Source: Narcine bancroftii
Lineage: Eukaryota
Reading direction: 5' to 3'
Assembly (NCBI RefSeq): GCF_036971445.1
Contig: NC_091469.1
Location: 268,460,001 to 268,524,000, forward strand
DNA length: 64,000 nucleotides
This document shows positions 61,401 through 64,000 of this stretch, piece by piece. A model generated the notes under the pieces. The model had not been told where the DNA came from. It did no database searches and worked only from the letters and a program-made list of their open reading frames with translations. Positions within the stretch are counted from its first letter, which is position 1, and each line of letters opens with the position of its first letter. Both the position numbers and the translations under genes were made by a program.

Positions 61401-63069
61401 CATTATTGATTTGATTTGCAGTCAGTTTTACCAATCCAATGAATTTCCACACTTTCTAGGTGAAAAATAGAAAAAATGCACTTATATAGCCAAATACAGC
61501 TGCAATAAAGACTTTGTAAAAAAAAAAATTATTCACAAATGTGTATATTTTTGTGTTTTTCCTAATTGAATTAGGAAAGATTAATGAAATGCTCCTCTCC
61601 AAATGGACTCCTATGCACCATGTATATAGAAATATGGAACATAGATATATCAGCGGTGTACAGGTACTTCGGCTCACGCACATGTGCCCACCCTATAAAC
61701 TTACCAAAAACTCCTCCATACTTTGTAACCCTCTATTTTCATTTCATCCATGATCCTGTCTTAGTCTCTTAAATACCCCTATTGTTCCAGCCTTCATTAC
61801 CACCCCTGGCAATGCATTCCAGGTACCCACAACTCTCTATGTACAAAAAAAAAGTAACCCCTCGTCTCTCCTAAAGTTTATGAGCTGCAATTTAAAAAGA
61901 ACTGTTGACTCTTCCATGGGCTTTGTCCTCATCAAACATTCAACATGGATTGGATACTCATTCTGAATTTTTGTGGATTTTTTTGTGCAAATTTCAGGGT
62001 CTACAAAAGTGTGTAATATCCTGTGAGCATCTACTTTAAAACAAGAATTGGTGATCACGATTGCTTGCTTTTTCTGCCAAGATCTTCCTGATCCTAACTC
62101 AGAACCTCATTCAATATGGATCCCACCCTGGTCTTGATTGTACATTTGTGATCAGTGAATTAACCAATCAAGTCCCTTTTAATCTTAGCCCTAGTGAATG
62201 GTATGGTTCAGACTCTAGAGTGTAGGCGGGGCAAGATTAGGTATGCTGACATCTGATTTGCTGTGTTCAGGAGGAAAGAGAAATACAGTCAGTGTGTGCG
62301 GAGATGGCGTCAGAACAAGCCTAAGCGGGGGCATTAGGGTAACCATGGGGTGGGAGGAGGGGGCATGAACTGTTGTTCGAGAACACACACAATGCGGGGG
62401 GGAGGGGGAGAGCGGGTGCTCTGTGCACCACTGTCACACTTTGCCCTCTCCGAGGTAACCGACAAACATGTGCTTATAGCACATGGAGACGAAACCACGT
62501 GATTCATTTTGGTGACATCTCCTGGTGTGGTCTGCAACCCCCAGTGATGGGTGGGGGGGAGGGCTATGGCCCACGGATGCCATCCCCCAAAGACCCTGAC
62601 CCTGTGTATGTGTCTATGGAGTGGATGTGATATTTTGTTGACACGAAAGCTGGTGATTTATAGAAAATCTTGTTGAAGAGTCTTAATTTTAAGAAAATAT
62701 TTCAGAAATCAACATTTTTGAAATGTCATGAAGATTTTCAAGTTATTTATTGTAAATTATATTCCAACAGGTACAGTTGAAGTGGTATCAAATGTGACTT
62801 GTCAAACAAAAAATCCTAAAGTTGGACGACCTGTTACTCTTTCCTGCGACGTTTATGGACATTTTGCAGAAGATGCTCATATCATTTGGTACAGAGCTGC
62901 TTATCCTTTTGATGAAAGAAAATTTGTCACAAACACACCATTCAAAAATAATAAAGGATTCACTACAGCACTCACTTATACGCCGAAAGAGAAAGATAAT
63001 AGCATCCAAGTTTTTATTGATATTGATATGTCGGAACATATCAGAAGTTACAACTTGCAATTACATTGA
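27975..63069 (+). CDS. NCR3LG1-like: B7-H6 (NCR3LG1)-like type I membrane IgSF protein: SP-IgV-IgC1-TM plus seven C-terminal Ig C1-like domains; 12 exons, about 1072 aa
   Basis: join(27975-28014, 33950-34291, 35183-35503, 36222-36329, 38672-39109, 39338-39718, 40044-40346, 58174-58494, 58924-59235, 60564-60875, 61149-61190, 62771-63069). All introns GT-AG and phase 1, no stops. The V domain (VGIQW...GDVSLHL...EGEYTCVVFITPEK) and C1 domain (CEASRFYP) resemble B7-H6. Confidence 0.8.
28860..30640 (+). mobile_element. L1-clade LINE ORF2 fragment, decayed
   Basis: LDAKKAFDRVEW, QGCP.SPLLFNLALEPL and NIIKMNILP motifs across frameshifts. Confidence 0.75.
30650..32475 (-). mobile_element. CR1 LINE 3' portion
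   Basis: VPWDSRVADVVPPFKKGSR, QHGF, RPNLEY and FFTQRVVAAWNDLP motifs; short-repeat 3' tail at about 30650. Confidence 0.85.
32475..32860 (+). mobile_element. L1-clade LINE 3' fragment
   Basis: KEKWEKDL...NFLHQLYLTPEKL...CLRCG motif. Confidence 0.65.
33950..34291 (+). CDS. Exon 2, IgV domain (B7-family-like)
   Basis: Acceptor TTTAG|, donor G|GTAAG; canonical Cys-Trp-Cys with DEGEYTC. Confidence 0.92.
35183..35503 (+). CDS. Exon 3, IgC1 domain
   Basis: CEASRFYP...W...DGTFNVSS...YRCTVRH; phase 1-1 splice sites. Confidence 0.92.
36222..36329 (+). CDS. Exon 4, transmembrane helix
   Basis: LIAVIIVAFLVLLAACLFFYYYM followed by basic KLRK; TTTCAG| acceptor and G|GTAAT donor. Confidence 0.88.
36880..37790 (-). 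mobile_element. Rex1/Babar-like LINE 3' portion
   Basis: AYRREIEDLAKWCTNNNLALNVTKTKELIVDFRK...FKFLGVTISEDLSW. Confidence 0.8.
38672..39109 (+). CDS. Exon 5, C1-like Ig domain without canonical cysteines, with a long loop insertion
   Basis: VTWNISSFRP...EGISRVKISV...LIIEVQHQALKQPITKSLTL; 146 codons, phase 1-1. Confidence 0.82.
39338..39718 (+). CDS. Exon 6, IgC1 domain
   Basis: LACTITGFKPSPLSIIW...YLCQIQHP; phase 1-1. Confidence 0.9.
40044..40346 (+). CDS. Exon 7, IgC1 domain
   Basis: LSCSIFGFYPKEILVTWLKNG...DGLY...YTCQVEHVSL; donor A|GTAAGT (alternative phase-1 donor after 40337). Confidence 0.9.
40440..41100 (-). mobile_element. L1-clade LINE 3' end fragment
   Basis: AT-rich decayed ORF2 C-terminus (..CIPLEKITY..) and poly-T at about 40432. 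Confidence 0.55.
44131..44493 (+). repeat. ERV 5' LTR
   Basis: TG...CA; TATAAAA at 44336 and AATAAA at 44417. Confidence 0.97.
44497..44514 (+). promoter_or_regulatory. Primer-binding site, tRNA-Trp
   Basis: TGGTGACCCCGACGTGAT, an 18-nt complement of the vertebrate tRNA-Trp 3' end. Confidence 0.92.
45813..46515 (+). other. 703-bp non-viral insertion in gag, bounded by a 9-bp direct repeat
   Basis: AAACAAAAC at 45804-45812 and 46507-46515; pyrimidine tracts, (CT)n and AATAAA at 46474. Confidence 0.8.
46378..46432 (+). repeat. (CT)n microsatellite
   Basis: Pure CT dinucleotide run. Confidence 0.95.
48435..52714 (+). pseudogene. pol: ERV pro-pol: protease, 2H phosphoesterase-like domain, RT, partial RNase H, integrase
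   Basis: In frame with gag across a TGA. Motifs VDTGA, HVTL twice, LPQGY, YVDD, HHCC, D-D-E and WSGPY. Lesions: frameshift near 49932, large in-frame deletion near 50212, stop at 51278, RTE insertion at 51482. Confidence 0.93.
51482..52476 (+). mobile_element. 5'-truncated RTE LINE inserted in the ERV integrase
   Basis: Near-identical to the other RTE copies. AGGT is duplicated at 51478-51481 and 52477-52480; removal restores IRKPG-KVHWTEFRWSGPY. Confidence 0.95.
52638..54642 (+). pseudogene. env: ERV env (gamma-type) with one frameshift near 53505
   Basis: Signal peptide, SU CWVC, furin site RKRR at 53866, ISD-like LQNRIAIDMVLAEKGG, CX6CC, membrane anchor. Confidence 0.93.
54641..54800 (+). 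repeat. Degenerate ~26-bp tandem repeat (about 6 units) in the ERV 3' UTR
   Basis: Units such as CTTGATTGTAGAACAAATATTATAAC and ATTGATTGTAACACAAACATTATTAA. Confidence 0.8.
55059..55421 (+). repeat. ERV 3' LTR
   Basis: Copy of 44131-44493, preceded by PPT AAAGGAGGGA at 55048-55057. Confidence 0.97.
58174..58494 (+). CDS. Exon 8, C1-like Ig domain (F-strand Cys replaced by Met)
   Basis: LSCKASGFYP...W...SGLYSRSS...YKMQFLH; long pyrimidine acceptor and G|GTAAG donor. Confidence 0.9.
58924..59235 (+). CDS. Exon 9, C1-like Ig domain
   Basis: LTCEVNNFIPRDIRTQW...ISFCVSHSKL; phase 1-1. Confidence 0.88.
59310..59787. mobile_element. Tc1/mariner (Tigger-like) MITE with internal GC-rich tandem repeats
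   Basis: TIRs AGGTACACAATCCTTTATCTGGA and TCCGGATAAAGGATTGAGTACCT with TA flanks; ~33-bp GAGAGACCGGCA...GCGAGTC units at 59370-59650. Confidence 0.75.
60564..60875 (+). CDS. Exon 10, C1-like Ig domain (B-strand Cys replaced by Val)
   Basis: FSVSLTHYVPDKLQIKWFKN...DGLFSSVTSL...IKCEVFH; phase 1-1. Confidence 0.88.
61149..61190 (+). CDS. Exon 11, 14-aa linker micro-exon
   Basis: TTTTATCCTACAG| acceptor and AAG|GTAAAT donor; 42 bp, DGGEIKPVASFDSK, phase 1-1. Confidence 0.65.
62771..63069 (+). CDS. Exon 12, terminal Ig-like domain ending in a stop codon
   Basis: GRPVTLSCDVYG...IIWYR...FTTALTYTP...YNLQLH*; no second transmembrane segment. Confidence 0.82.
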
Positions 63070-63579
63070 ATTGATATGACATCTTCTGATGAATGTACAC
63101 TGAATTGTAATTTGCAATTGAAGATCAATCTTTCTATGTGAGTGTGAAACGATGAGTTGTCATCTTCATGTTTACTTTTCCATTTTTACCACTCAGTATA
63201 TGTTGATTTAATTGTGAAAAAGAAAATAATTAAGAGTTCCACAATGCCTCAGGAACTCTAGTACAATGGGCGTTTCCTGATTAGCCACTGAAATTTAATT
63301 AATTGTTTCACTCTAGCCAGCCAGTCAAATTCTTCCAAAAAAAAATCTATTGTAGACAACATGTACTTCTACCTGCAGCGGAAGGAATCTTCCCCCAAAC
63401 AGGTGACTTCAGGGGATAATGATTGTTACACCCTCTCTTCTCAGACTTTTGATGCAGCTAAACTACTGGATCAAAAGCTCCTACCAATTTTTTGGAATTT
63501 TCATATCTGTTTGCATGTGTTGTTTGTACAAAAATAACATCCTTGTTACCTTAACAAAATGTGTGAAATGAAATGTTAA

Positions 63580-64000
63580 CTCAATAACTCCCACAATTAC
63601 CTAGACTACATTGCTTCATACTCAGTCCTCTGCAAGGATTCTGTTCCTTTCTCCCGTCTCCACCATATTGGTTCCCAAGAGGAGGTTTTCCAATCTAGAT
63701 CATCTGAAATGTCCTTCTTCCACAAACGTGGCTTCACCTCTCAGCCCTCACCCGCATTTCCTCCATTTTTTGCTCATCTGCCCCCTCTGCCTTCAGACGT
63801 TAATGAAGTATTTCCCTTTTTCACACCTACCACCCTACTGGCCTCCGCTTCCAACACATTATCCACCATAATTTCCGGCACCTTCCACACAATCCTACCC
63901 CTCTGCCTTCTGTTGGGGCTGCTCGCTCCATGACTCCCTCATCCCTTCCTACTAATCACCACCTTTCTCTGCAACCGCAGTAAGGGCCATGCCTGTGCCC
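63580..64000 (+). mobile_element. Penelope-like element fragment
   Basis: Decayed NSHNYLDY..S....CKDSVPFS...FH KRGF motif typical of the PLE RT C-terminus. Confidence 0.65.

Noticed and set aside
58174-63069. Second, independent Ig gene downstream of the ERV
   Set aside because: No signal exon, CpG island or start was found between exons 7 and 8, and the phases match exon 7. A single gene is more parsimonious, but this is not proven without RNA data.

Overview
Repeat-rich vertebrate genomic DNA. The repeat content (V-SINE/HE1-like SINEs, CR1, Rex/Babar, L1, Penelope, RTE) suggests a cartilaginous fish; this is inference. One host gene can be assembled on the + strand from 12 exons (27975-63069, about 1072 aa, all introns phase 1, GT-AG). 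It encodes a signal peptide, a B7-H6/NCR3LG1-like IgV-IgC1 ectodomain, a transmembrane helix and then seven more Ig C1-like domains on the predicted cytoplasmic side; five of these have lost the canonical disulfide. Its CpG-island promoter carries an ISRE/IRF-type element. Intron 7 holds a four-level nest: CR1 > full-length RTE LINE > an 11.3-kb young gamma/epsilon-like endogenous retrovirus > a truncated RTE plus a 703-bp insert. The provirus has 363-bp LTRs, a tRNA-Trp PBS, a very long Gag and a 2H-phosphoesterase-like domain (two HxT motifs) between protease and RT. The first 27 kb contain a young full-length Mag-like Ty3/gypsy element (614-5364), solo LTRs, decayed gypsy and class III-like ERV remnants, and LINE/SINE/DNA-transposon fragments.
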